A stretch of 64,000 nucleotides of DNA from Bryobacterales bacterium (lineage in GTDB: Bacteria > Acidobacteriota > Terriglobia > Bryobacterales > UBA6623), in assembly GCA_963422375.2 (NCBI GenBank), contig OY729428.2:1632001-1696000 (forward strand). The letters run 5' to 3'. The position numbers and the translations under genes are program-made. This document shows positions 9,561-19,304 of this stretch, piece by piece (positions within the stretch are counted from its first letter, which is position 1; each line of letters begins with the position of its first letter). A model generated the notes under the pieces. It saw nothing but the letters and a program-made list of their open reading frames with translations. It had not been told where the DNA came from and did not search any database.

Positions 9561-11137
9561 CACGTGCGAGCGAGACCCCTGCCCGCGGCGGGCGGTGAGC
9601 GTGGCGGAGACCGTCTGCGCAGGATTCCCCCGGCCAGACAAGAGTGTTCCGTGCATCCAGTGTTCCGCCAGTCCGGCGCGCAGGTCGTTGGCAAGCTTGG
9701 CTCGCACGCAGGGACCGCGCGTGCCGGTCGACTCCGGGGCCCGCAGCAGCATCGCCGGCGACCCGGGCTTCCGGGGCCCGGACGGTTCGGGCGGCGTCCC
9801 GGACGCGGCCCCGGCGCTTGCGCGGCGTTCGACCCGGCGGGGAAGACCGTCGGCTCGACCAGGTGGCGCCCGCTCCGAACCGGGCGGCAATGCTCGATTG
9901 GCGCGAATCCAGGTGCAGGAGACACCGGCCCTTGTCGGTGGAGGCCGAACGGGGAGCTAGCCTGAATCGACCCGCGGTCCTGCGACGACCGTCGTTGGAG
10001 GCCCTCGCGCCATATCCGTCCGCTATTGAATCCCCGCACAGCCTCCAGCCGTGCCAAGCGGACGCTTCGAGCTCCGAGCCCGGGCGTGGAATGGCTGGTG
10101 CATTGCGCGCCGCCAGGTGCTGGCGGCGGCGGACCGAGCCGAGGCCGGCTTGCTTCGGCCGCGACAGCCGTGAACCCGTCGGCCGTCCCCTGCGATCCCG
10201 CATCGAGTCCGGGGCACTAGCCGCACCCGGGCGGACGCCGTAGGGCCGGAACGCATAGGATGGCTCGGCTCTCGGCTCCGCTCGACCGAGTGCAGGGCCG
10301 GCATGAGGGGTTGATCTAGCCGGGCGGGGCTTGGCCGCGTCGACGTCAGAAGCGGGAACTCTGGGTCATCCGGATTCGACGGTGCAACGGCGGCCCTCGC
10401 CCTTTCGCTGCGATCCGTGTCGTGGTGGAGCGATGCCAATCGAGTCAGGCCTGCGCGGCCTACCGCTTGCCTGCCGTGCTACGTGCCGTCGGCGTCGGAT
10501 TCGCCGACGGCGTCGCGGACGGCCTGCTGTAACCTGGCGAAGCAGATCCCTGCGTCCCGCCGGCCCCCAGGCGGCCACCCGGCGGTCGGAAGCTCAGCCT
10601 TGAGAAGCGGAGCTCCGCCCGCTAGGGCGGCGGCCGGGACAGGAGATTGGGATTGGGTCCGCCGGAGCGACATAACGGCAATCGAGCGCAACACGCGCGG
10701 CGAAATTGTCGAAGCAACTGGACGGGAGCGTTGCTGCCCTCCGGGATCGAGCGCGCGAGAGCGTCCTGCCGCGGCATGCAATTGCTCCGAGCCGAGCCGT
10801 CAACCAATGCTCTCCGTCCGATATCTTTTATCCAGCCGAGCCGATCGAGAGTGCAAGAAAGTGCGCTGCAAGCACCGTTTCGATCTCCAACTCTTCGGTT
10901 GCGAGACGAATCGGAGCCGCTGCAGGCAGGGCTAGAGTCGTCAGTGGCGTCACCACGAATGGATCTGCCGCCACCCGTGCCTACGCTTCAACCGACTCGG
11001 GTGCGACGGCATCCGCGGTAGCTACACGCTTCCCATTGCCGCTGGGGCGCGACTCAAGTCATGGGTCATTGCGAGGGAAGCCTCTCCAGAGGCTGGGTCG
11101 CTCTCCCTGGGGAATCGAATCGACCACTAGCGCCCGC

Positions 11138-11186
11138 AATTTTTTTCGAAATGGTGTTGACAGGCCAGTTGACTCCCTGCTAGCTT
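11138..11186 (+). promoter_or_regulatory. Sigma70-like promoter with AT-rich UP element
   Basis: AATTTTTTTCGAAAT, TTGACA (11157-11162), 18 bp, TGC-TAGCTT (11181-11186). Confidence 0.65.
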
Positions 11187-11311
11187 GGTGGGTAGTGCGG
11201 TTCTGGCCAATAGGCAAGCGGGTTCGCTGCACTTCTCTCTCCGTCGGGAATCGAGCCGCCAGATAGCCGGAGGTTCCGAGGCGGAATCACTCGCATAAGG
11301 GACACAACCGA

Positions 11312-11578
11312 ATGGACAACCAAAAAATCGCCGCAATCCTCGAGGAGCTTCGGGAAGAACGCGACCAGGCTTCCAGCGTGATCGACGCCTTGGACAAAGA
11401 GGTCAATCACGCCGAGGCCAATCGAGGAGCTCGCAAGCTCCTGCAGGAGTACGTCGACCGGCGCAACAACATCGACGCGGCCGTTCTGGCGATGGACAAC
11501 CTTGCCAGCGGGAAGCGTCGGGGCCGGCGACCGGGCTGGATCAACGACATCAAGGAGGCCGGCCAAGCGAGCGAATAG
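11312..11578 (+). CDS. Small coiled-coil protein with C-terminal KRRGRRPGW (AT-hook-like) motif
   Basis: AAGGGA RBS, upstream promoter, two amphipathic helices, basic RGR motif. Confidence 0.8.
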   Translation: MDNQKIAAILEELREERDQASSVIDALDKEVNHAEANRGARKLLQEYVDRRNNIDAAVLAMDNLASGKRRGRRPGWINDIKEAGQASE

Positions 11579-11641
11579 GCTCGTCCCGCTCCCCGCGGCG
11601 TCGCTGCCCGTGCTCGGCGCCGCGCGGGATTCGGTTCGGCC

Positions 11642-13978
11642 CTAGTACAGCAGGAACTGTTTTCTGCGGGCAACGAACTCTTCGACTGCCCGTCGCTGGC
11701 TGGCAGCTATCGACCTGAAGTTGAGGCCCTTGGCAAGGCCCTCGGCGACGGCATTGGAGCCGATTAGCTTGACTGACGAGGCGAAGCGCGCCTTGTCGGG
11801 GTACAGCTCTCGCAAGGCTGCGGCGAGAGCCAGTCCAAGGTCAGTGGGCTTGATCGAGTCGCGGTCGGTGATCGTGAACTGGACGCCCTCAATCAGCGTT
11901 CCGGCGAAAACCGACGCTCGCGGGCGCAGCGACCTTGCGTATCCGCGCACTCCCGGAAGCGATTGTCGGCGGATGGCGCGGGCCAGCTCGCTTCCATCAA
12001 TCCAGTCGGCCCCGACGAACTCGAACGGCGTGTCTGTCCCCCTGCCGACGGAGTAGCTGTCGAGCCATTCGAGCATCGCGATTCCGGGATAGAGCGTCGC
12101 TTGGCCGAGGTTGCGGATATTCGGGGAGGGATTGACCCAGGGCAGGCCGGTCTCGTCGAACCACAGATCGCGTCGCCAGCCCCGCATCGGCACGACCTCC
12201 AGCTTGGCCCCGATACCGCGCTCCTCGTTGAACATCCGGGCCAGTTCGCCTGCGGTCATCCCGTGCCGAACCGGCATGCCGTGGTAGCCGACGAAGGACT
12301 CCATTCCCGGTTGAAGCACGGGTCCCTCGACGGCCGTGCCGGTGATCGGATTCGGCCGGTCTAGCACGACGAACTCGATCCCGGATTCTGCGGCCGCCTC
12401 CATGGCGTAGCCCATGGTCGTGGTGTAAGTGTAGAAGCGCGCGCCGACGTCCTGAACGTCGAAGACCAGCGCGTCAAGTTCGCCCAGCAAAGCCGGCGGC
12501 GGGCGCCGCCGCTCGCTCTGGTACAGGCTGTAGACCCGCACGCCAGTGGCGGTATCCGCTCCGTCGTCGATCTCGGGCTGGTCGAGCGTTCCGGCTAGGC
12601 CGTGCTCCGGGGTGAAGATCATTTCGAGACTCACGCCGTCGGCCCGCGCCAGCAAGTCGATATTGCGGCGTCCCAGACGATCAATGCCGGTCTGGTTGGT
12701 GAGCAGACCGACCCGTTTCCCCTGCAGTCGCTCGAAGCCTTCCTCGGCCAGGACATCAAGGCCAGTGCGGACTTCGGCCAAGCCCCGGCGGCTGGCCTGT
12801 GCCGCCTGAAGCGGGGCGGAATCCAGATTCGCCGCTGCGATCGACGCGACTACGCTTCGCAGGCGCACCACCGAGCCCTTGCCTGAGGGATGCACGCGGT
12901 TAGTCATCAGGGCGACGAACGACTGGCTGGACGGATCGATCCAGAGCGAGGGCCCGGTGAACCCGGTGTGACCGTACGACGCCTTCGAGAAGAGATCCCC
13001 GCGCGGAGAGGAATAAGGCGTGTCGATATCCCATCCGATACCGCGGGCGGCCTTGCCTGCCGGGCTCTGCGGCGTTCGCATGCGCCGGACGCCGAGCGGG
13101 CTGAAGATTCGGACGCCGTCGAGCTCACCGCCGTTGAGCATCATGCGGGCAAACCGAGCCACGTCCCGCGCCGTCGAGAAGACGCCCGCGTGGCCGCCGA
13201 CCCCGCCCATCGTGCGAGCGGTCGGGTCGTGGACGACTCCGCGCAGCACCGTGCCGTCCCCCAGCCTCTCGGTGGGGGCGATGCGCGGCCTGAGGGCGGT
13301 CGGGGGCCGGTACATCGTGTCGGTCATGCCGAGCGGCTCGAAGACGCGCTCCCTCGCGAAGCGGTCAATGGTCATTCCGCTTACCTTGCGGACGATTTCG
13401 GCCAGCAGGATGTAGTTGATGTCGCTGTAGACGAACTTGGAGCCGGGCGGGCGGGCCGGCGTCTCGCGCAAGGCGAGGTTCACTCCCGTCTCGTAGCCCG
13501 TCCAGCCCGGCTCGAGCGCAAGGCTCGGACGCAGGCCCGAATAATGCGTGAGCAGCTGGATTACGTTGATTCGAGTCGGCGCGCCGAAGGCGGGCAGGTA
13601 CGTCTTGACGGAGTCATCGAGGCGGATCTTGCCCTCCTCGACCAACATCATGATCGCGGGAGCGGTGGCCATCACCTTCGTCAGCGACGCGCAGTCGAAA
13701 ATCGTATCTAGGGTCATCGCCTCGCGGGCGGGCTCGACGCTCCGGGCCCCGTAGCTCTCGAAGTGCAGCCGCTCGCCCCGAGACTCGATCCACGCCACCG
13801 CCCCCGGTGTCAATCCGCGACCGATGGCTTCGTTGATCGCGCTATCGAGTCTCTCTGCGCCGGGCCATTCGGCCGCTCGCACCGGGCCGTGGGCCAACGC
13901 CAGCACGGCCGCGGCGGTGGCAATCGCGTACGGCCAAGCGACCGTCCGGCAGCGTCGCGGAGATCCCTGATTCGGCAC
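11642..13978 (-). CDS. Serine hydrolase (beta-lactamase-like) fused to DUF1343/NamZ exo-beta-N-acetylmuramidase domain
   Basis: SxxK (ASLTK), YSD, HTGFTG; then GLLTNQTG, FTPEHG, DVQDVGARFYTY, LDRPNP; start uncertain. Confidence 0.9.
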   Translation of the reverse strand: MPNQGSPRRCRTVAWPYAIATAAAVLALAHGPVRAAEWPGAERLDSAINEAIGRGLTPGAVAWIESRGERLHFESYGARSVEPAREAMTLDTIFDCASLTKVMATAPAIMMLVEEGKIRLDDSVKTYLPAFGAPTRINVIQLLTHYSGLRPSLALEPGWTGYETGVNLALRETPARPPGSKFVYSDINYILLAEIVRKVSGMTIDRFARERVFEPLGMTDTMYRPPTALRPRIAPTERLGDGTVLRGVVHDPTARTMGGVGGHAGVFSTARDVARFARMMLNGGELDGVRIFSPLGVRRMRTPQSPAGKAARGIGWDIDTPYSSPRGDLFSKASYGHTGFTGPSLWIDPSSQSFVALMTNRVHPSGKGSVVRLRSVVASIAAANLDSAPLQAAQASRRGLAEVRTGLDVLAEEGFERLQGKRVGLLTNQTGIDRLGRRNIDLLARADGVSLEMIFTPEHGLAGTLDQPEIDDGADTATGVRVYSLYQSERRRPPPALLGELDALVFDVQDVGARFYTYTTTMGYAMEAAAESGIEFVVLDRPNPITGTAVEGPVLQPGMESFVGYHGMPVRHGMTAGELARMFNEERGIGAKLEVVPMRGWRRDLWFDETGLPWVNPSPNIRNLGQATLYPGIAMLEWLDSYSVGRGTDTPFEFVGADWIDGSELARAIRRQSLPGVRGYARSLRPRASVFAGTLIEGVQFTITDRDSIKPTDLGLALAAALRELYPDKARFASSVKLIGSNAVAEGLAKGLNFRSIAASQRRAVEEFVARRKQFLLY

Positions 13979-14160
13979 CGGGCCATCGTAGCATCGCCTC
14001 GTTCCGGCTCGGTTCCCGCTCGGCGGGGGTGCTCGCACGGCCGGGACGCGCGACGTGCAATACTGGGATATCCGCCTCGGCAGGCAGTCGCGAGCTCGCG
14101 GCGTTCCGCTCGCGCGCCTGCCCGGAGTTCCCGTGATTCGCGGCCCTCGTCGCTTCTGAA

Positions 14161-15453
14161 ATGCTGGACCGCGGGCACTTGCGCCGTCACTTCGATTCCG
14201 TAAAGGCGCGCCTCGAGCACCGCGTCGACGCGGCGGTTCTCGATGACGTCGCGGACACCGAGGCGAGGCGCCGGGCCGCCGTCGCCCAGCTTCAGGCGCT
14301 GCAAGAGCAGAGGAACGAACTCAGCGCTCGCGTCGCCCGCGCCCGGCGCGCCGGGCAGGACGCCTTGGACATCGTCAAGGAGGCGCGACAAGTCCACGAC
14401 CGCATTCGCGAGCGGGAGTCTTCGGTTCAGGCTCTGGACCAGGCACTCGAGGACGTGCTGAGCCGCGTCCCCAACCTCCCTCACGAGACCGTTCCGCCGG
14501 GCCCGGACGAGACCGCCAACGTCGAGCTCGGCCGTTGGGGCGAGCCTCCGGAATTCCCGTTCGAGCCGAAGCCGCACTGGGACGTTGGCGCGGATCTCGG
14601 CATCGTGGACTTCGAGCGTGCGGCCAAGCTGGCCGGCTCGCGTTTCGCCGTCTATCGCAACGCCGGGGCGCAGCTGGAGCGGGCGCTGATGAACTTCATG
14701 CTGGATGTCCATACGCGCCAGCACGGCTACTGCGAGATCCTACCCCCGTTCATAGCCAATTCCCGCTGCCTCTTCGGGACGGGCCAGCTGCCCAAGTTTG
14801 CCGACGACCTGTTCAAGATCCAAGACACCGATTACTGGCTCGTTCCGACTGCCGAAGTGCCGCTGACCAACCTGTACGCGGGCGAGACGATTTCGGCCGA
14901 CGACCTGCCGATATCGCTGACCGCGTTCACTCCCTGCTTTCGCAGAGAAGCGGGTTCGTACGGCCGGGACGTGCGAGGGGTGATCCGCCAGCACCAGTTC
15001 CAGAAAGTCGAGCTGGTGAAGCTTGCCCGGCCGGAGACCAGCTACGAGGAATTGGAGCGGCTCACTTCGGATGCCGAGGACATTCTCCGCCGGCTCGAGC
15101 TGCCGTACAGGAAGATGCTCCTGTCGAGCGGCGACATGGGTTTCAGCGCGGCAATGACGTACGACCTCGAGGTCTGGCTCCCCGGCCTGGGCGAGTACAA
15201 GGAGATTTCGTCCTGCAGCAACTTCGAGGCATTCCAAGCCCGCAGGGCCCGTATCCGTTACCGGCGCCGCGAGGGCGGCAAGGGCAAGCTGGACCACGTT
15301 CACACGCTCAACGGCAGCGGCCTGGCGATCGGCCGCACGTGGCTCGCGATTGTCGAGAACTACCAGCGAGCTGACGGAACGGTCGTCATTCCCACGGCGC
15401 TGCGCGGCTATCTTGACGCCGAACGCATCGATTCTTCCGGGAGCTTGGCCTGA
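14161..15453 (+). CDS. serS: Serine--tRNA ligase
   Basis: MLD start, N-terminal coiled coil, [35 protein letters not shown]. Confidence 0.98.
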   Translation: MLDRGHLRRHFDSVKARLEHRVDAAVLDDVADTEARRRAAVAQLQALQEQRNELSARVARARRAGQDALDIVKEARQVHDRIRERESSVQALDQALEDVLSRVPNLPHETVPPGPDETANVELGRWGEPPEFPFEPKPHWDVGADLGIVDFERAAKLAGSRFAVYRNAGAQLERALMNFMLDVHTRQHGYCEILPPFIANSRCLFGTGQLPKFADDLFKIQDTDYWLVPTAEVPLTNLYAGETISADDLPISLTAFTPCFRREAGSYGRDVRGVIRQHQFQKVELVKLARPETSYEELERLTSDAEDILRRLELPYRKMLLSSGDMGFSAAMTYDLEVWLPGLGEYKEISSCSNFEAFQARRARIRYRRREGGKGKLDHVHTLNGSGLAIGRTWLAIVENYQRADGTVVIPTALRGYLDAERIDSSGSLA

Positions 15454-15483
15454 GCGCCGCGCCGTCGCGCCGCCTAGTCAGCG

Positions 15484-16218
15484 TCACGAATAGCGCCCCC
15501 TCCAGTCGTTCCATCTCACTCGCCACACGTCCGCGAACGCGCCCAAGCCTTCCGCCAGCCCGACCGAGGATCCCTCCGCGTCGTTCCAGCGGACCGGCAC
15601 TTCGGCGACCGTCAGGCCCAGTTTCCGCGCTAGGTAGAGCTGTTCCACGTCGAATCCGAATCGCTCCAAGCGCTGCCTCGCGGCGATTTCCCGCGCCGCG
15701 CTCAGGCTGAAGAGCTTGAATCCGCACTGCGTGTCGGCGATGTCCAGCCCCGTGAGCAGCCGGACGCTCAAGTTGAACGCACGTCCGACTACTTCCCGGT
15801 AAACCGGCTGGCGGACGCCGATCAGCGCCCGGTTGATTGCTCGCGATCCGATCGCGACTGCGTGGCCGTCCTTGGCCGCAGACAGCAGTCCTTCCAATTC
15901 GGTGATCGGTGCCGACAGGTCGGCGTCGGTGAACAGCACCCAGTCCTTGCGGGCCGCGAGCATGCCGCGCCGCACGCTGAAGCCCTTGCCGCGATTGCGC
16001 TCGTTCGTGAGAACGCGCAGAGTCGCTCTCCCGCGTTCGATCTCGGCCGTCTCGTCCAAGGCGCGTCGCCCCGTGTCGTCCGACGAGCCGTCGTCGACCA
16101 CGATTACCTCGGCGCTGTCGAGAGGCTCGCCGGCTAGGTGGCGCCCGATGCTGCGCAGCGTCGCCGGAAGGCGAAGCGCCTCGTTGTAGGCGGGGATGAC
16201 AACGCTCAGCGAAGGCAC
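15484..16218 (-). CDS. GT2 glycosyltransferase (dolichyl-phosphate glucosyltransferase-like)
   Basis: SVVIPAYNE, VVDDGS, NRGKG, DADLS, DTQCGFKLF. Confidence 0.92.
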   Translation of the reverse strand: MPSLSVVIPAYNEALRLPATLRSIGRHLAGEPLDSAEVIVVDDGSSDDTGRRALDETAEIERGRATLRVLTNERNRGKGFSVRRGMLAARKDWVLFTDADLSAPITELEGLLSAAKDGHAVAIGSRAINRALIGVRQPVYREVVGRAFNLSVRLLTGLDIADTQCGFKLFSLSAAREIAARQRLERFGFDVEQLYLARKLGLTVAEVPVRWNDAEGSSVGLAEGLGAFADVWRVRWNDWRGRYS

Positions 16219-16227
16219 GGCCGCAGG

Positions 16228-16983
16228 CTAGACCCGGCCGTCCGGCCGTCGCGCGCGAATCGCGCGGCGCATGAGACGCGCGTAGAACGAACGGCACTCC
16301 GCCAGCAGCGGCGCCAGCTCGCTTGGGAGCGGATCGGCCTTGGGCCGGTAAGGCTGGAAGCCAGTGGTCCGATGCACGTTCCGGTACCAGTCAGCGGCCC
16401 AGACCCCGTCGCACGGCTTGGGGCCCTGCGGCCACCGGAGCATGGCCGGGTCGAAAGCGATGCCCAAGCGGCCGCAGAGCGCGCCGAGCGTCCCCGCGGG
16501 ATCGACCAGCAGGTCGCGCGAGTCGACGACAGGCGGCTCTTGGCCCCAGCTCTCGAGCAGCTCGATCAATTCGCACTGGCGGGCGAAGCCGGTGTCGCGC
16601 AGCGTCGGAAGTCCGATTCGAAGCCGCAGCGAGGGGAGCACCTGCTCCGGATCGCGCGTCAGGAAGACGTTCAGCGTTTGGCGCATGAACTCAAGGTCGA
16701 GACGGACCAGATGGTGCGCCATCTGCTTGAAGAACACGACGGGCTTGCGGGCGGGTCCGAGAATCACCTCTTCCACCACGCGCCCGCCGTCTTGGTCCTG
16801 AGCCGCCAGGCAGAGCTCGCGCAGCGGGTGCCGTGCGCCCGACACGCGCAGGAAATGGGCGTACAGGGGCTCGTCTACGACCTCGGTGTCTGTGCGCTGC
16901 GCGAACGAATACATCAGGGCGGTCGAGACGTTCCGAGGGCCTGACCAGAGGCACACCCGCTTGGTTTCACCGGCAGTGGCCAT
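16228..16983 (-). CDS. Sulfotransferase-like P-loop protein (family also seen as N-terminal domain of BCAT-like proteins)
   Basis: WSGPRNVSTALMYSF, DEPLY, KQMAHH, DGVWA..WY. Confidence 0.8.
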   Translation of the reverse strand: MATAGETKRVCLWSGPRNVSTALMYSFAQRTDTEVVDEPLYAHFLRVSGARHPLRELCLAAQDQDGGRVVEEVILGPARKPVVFFKQMAHHLVRLDLEFMRQTLNVFLTRDPEQVLPSLRLRIGLPTLRDTGFARQCELIELLESWGQEPPVVDSRDLLVDPAGTLGALCGRLGIAFDPAMLRWPQGPKPCDGVWAADWYRNVHRTTGFQPYRPKADPLPSELAPLLAECRSFYARLMRRAIRARRPDGRV

Positions 16984-17108
16984 GCACGGACAGGCGGCGG
17001 GCCCGGCGCCGCGAACGCGGCCGGTCGCCTCTCCGAGCGCCGACCAGCCCAACATTCTTGCACGGTCGACCGGCCATCCGGGACCCCGGCCTCTGCCATG
17101 ATGAGCTC

Positions 17109-19019
17109 ATGGCTGATCCTGCGGGCCGCAGCATCCCGAACGTCGTCCGGCCGGGCACGGTCAGCGCTCCGGACTTCCCCGCGGGGCTGGACTGGCTCAA
17201 TACCTCGGCGCCGATATCGATCCGCCAGCTGCGGGGCAAGGTCGTGCTGCTGGACTTCTGGACGCACTGCTGCATCAACTGCATGCACGCGCTGGAGGAC
17301 CTCAAGCGTCTCGAGCGCAAGTACCGGGACGAACTTGTCGTGATCGGGGTCCACTCGGCGAAGTTCGACGGCGAGAAGAGCACCGCGAGCGTCCGCCAGG
17401 CGGTTCTGCGCAACGGCATCGAGCATCCCGTGGTCAACGACCGCGAGATGCGCGTGTGGCAGGAATACGCCGTGCGCGCCTGGCCGAGTTTCATCCTGAT
17501 CGACCCGCGCGGGAAGGTTTTCGGCACGCATTCCGGGGAGGGCATCTTCGACCTGTTCGATCGCGTCCTCGTCCAATTGATCCAGCATTACGAGGCGGAA
17601 GGGGACTTGCGCCGCGGGCCCTCGGAGGTGTCGGCCGGGGCGTCGGCCGCCCCTCCGTCGGTTCTCGCGTTCCCGGGGAAGGTGCTGGCCGACTCGGACG
17701 GCCGCAGGCTGTTCATCGCCGATACCAACCACCACCGGATCGTCGTCGCGTCCCTTGACGACCGCTCGGTGCTGGACGTATTCGGAAGCGGGGAGGCTGG
17801 CTTGGCTGACGGTACGCCCGATGCAGCTAGGTTCACCAGTCCTCAGGGCATGGCCTTGGCGGGGCAAACGCTGTTCGTCGCGGACACGGGCAATCATGCC
17901 GTGCGCGCGGTCGATCTCAGCGCGAGGCGCGTGTCAACGGTCGTCGGGGACGGTCGGCAGGACGAAGGGCGCGACGGCTCGCCGGGCCCGCTGGCCGGCC
18001 GGCGGCTCAATTCCCCATGGGACCTCGAGTTCGCGCACGGTGTGCTCTTTGTCGCCATGGCCGGCAGCCACCAGATCTACGGAATCGACATGGAAGGCGG
18101 GTACATCGCGGCCCACGCGGGCGACGGGCGCGAGGACCACACGGACGGGCCGCTGCTGGCTGCGTCCCTCGCGCAGCCGACCGGGCTGACCAGTGACGGG
18201 GAGCATCTGTTCGTCGCCGACAGCGAGGTGAGTTCCGTCCGAGCCGTGTCGCTGGACCCGCGCGGCGGGCACGTGCGGACGGTCGTCGGCAGGGGCCTGT
18301 TCGATTTCGGCGACGTCGACGGGCAGAGCCAGGCGGTCCGGCTGCAGCATCCGATGGGCATCGCGTGGGCGAGTGGCGCACTGCATGTCGCCGACACCTA
18401 CAACCACAAGGTGAAGGCCATCGAGCTGCCGGGGCTGCGGGCTCGCACGATGGCCGGCAGCGGCGAAGCGGGCTTTCGCGACGGTCCGCCGGGCGAGGCG
18501 CGATTCGACGAGCCAGCCGGCCTGACGGCGGCCGATGGCAGCCTGTACGTCGCGGACACCAACAATCACGCGATCCGCGAGGTCGACCTAGCGTCCGGGG
18601 CGGTGTCGAGCTGGACGCTGCGCGAACTGGCCCGGCTCGCGCCGCCGGCGGGCCAGGTTCGCGAGCTGCGGGAGCGGACCGTTCGCGCCGGAGCCCTGCG
18701 CTTGGCGGTGCGGTGCGAGCTGCCGAGCGGCCACGCCTACATGCCCGGAGCCCGGTCGGGCGTCACCGCGCGGGTCGGCGGCCGTGCGTTTCCTGCCGTC
18801 CTGCGAGACGGGACGGCCGTCTTGACCGTCGAGGTCGATTCCGGCTCCGATCTGCAGGTCGAAGCGGTGGTCTACTATTGCGGCCTCGAACGCTCGGGTG
18901 CCTGCCTGATCCATCGCGAGGCTCTTGCCGTGCCGCTGCGCATCGCCCCGCACGGGGCGTCGGACCTCGCGCTGCGGCTCGTCGCCGGCGCGCCCGAGCG
19001 CCAGCGCGGCCGAGGCTAG
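17109..19019 (+). CDS. Thioredoxin-like + NHL-repeat protein (NHLRC2/SOQ1-like architecture)
   Basis: LLDFWTHCCINC, GVHSAKF, repeated ADTNHHRI/ADTGNHAV/ADTYNHKV blades. Confidence 0.92.
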   Translation: MADPAGRSIPNVVRPGTVSAPDFPAGLDWLNTSAPISIRQLRGKVVLLDFWTHCCINCMHALEDLKRLERKYRDELVVIGVHSAKFDGEKSTASVRQAVLRNGIEHPVVNDREMRVWQEYAVRAWPSFILIDPRGKVFGTHSGEGIFDLFDRVLVQLIQHYEAEGDLRRGPSEVSAGASAAPPSVLAFPGKVLADSDGRRLFIADTNHHRIVVASLDDRSVLDVFGSGEAGLADGTPDAARFTSPQGMALAGQTLFVADTGNHAVRAVDLSARRVSTVVGDGRQDEGRDGSPGPLAGRRLNSPWDLEFAHGVLFVAMAGSHQIYGIDMEGGYIAAHAGDGREDHTDGPLLAASLAQPTGLTSDGEHLFVADSEVSSVRAVSLDPRGGHVRTVVGRGLFDFGDVDGQSQAVRLQHPMGIAWASGALHVADTYNHKVKAIELPGLRARTMAGSGEAGFRDGPPGEARFDEPAGLTAADGSLYVADTNNHAIREVDLASGAVSSWTLRELARLAPPAGQVRELRERTVRAGALRLAVRCELPSGHAYMPGARSGVTARVGGRAFPAVLRDGTAVLTVEVDSGSDLQVEAVVYYCGLERSGACLIHREALAVPLRIAPHGASDLALRLVAGAPERQRGRG

Positions 19020-19222
19020 CGCTCGTCCGCGGCAACCCGCGTCTCCGGGCGGAACGCGCCGACCGGATCGACTAGCCAGAGCCCCTCGCCGTAGAGGGCT
19101 CTGCACTCGGCCAGCAGCGTCGAGAGCACCGGGGCCAGGCGTTCGACCTCCTCCAGCGGGATTCCGAGGCCCAGCTGTTCGGCGACCGCCGCCAGGTAGG
19201 CAGTCTCACAAGCCCTTGCCAT
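19016..19222 (-). CDS. Small GatC/AtzG(DUF4089)-like protein
   Basis: YLAAVAEQLGLGIP..EVERL...DPVGAFRP pattern; 4-bp overlap with the convergent gene stop. Confidence 0.5.
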   Translation of the reverse strand: MARACETAYLAAVAEQLGLGIPLEEVERLAPVLSTLLAECRALYGEGLWLVDPVGAFRPETRVAADER

Positions 19223-19304
19223 GGGGCGCCCCTGCGGTCCCTCGCGCCGAACTGCCGGCGCACGGCAGCATGCTACCATCGTGCGGGTTCCGAACGAGTT
19301 CTCC

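Noticed and set aside
10363..10385. GGGTCATCCGGATTCGACGG resembles a tmRNA 5' end
   Set aside because: I found no T-arm/CCA 3' end or tag reading frame at the expected distance
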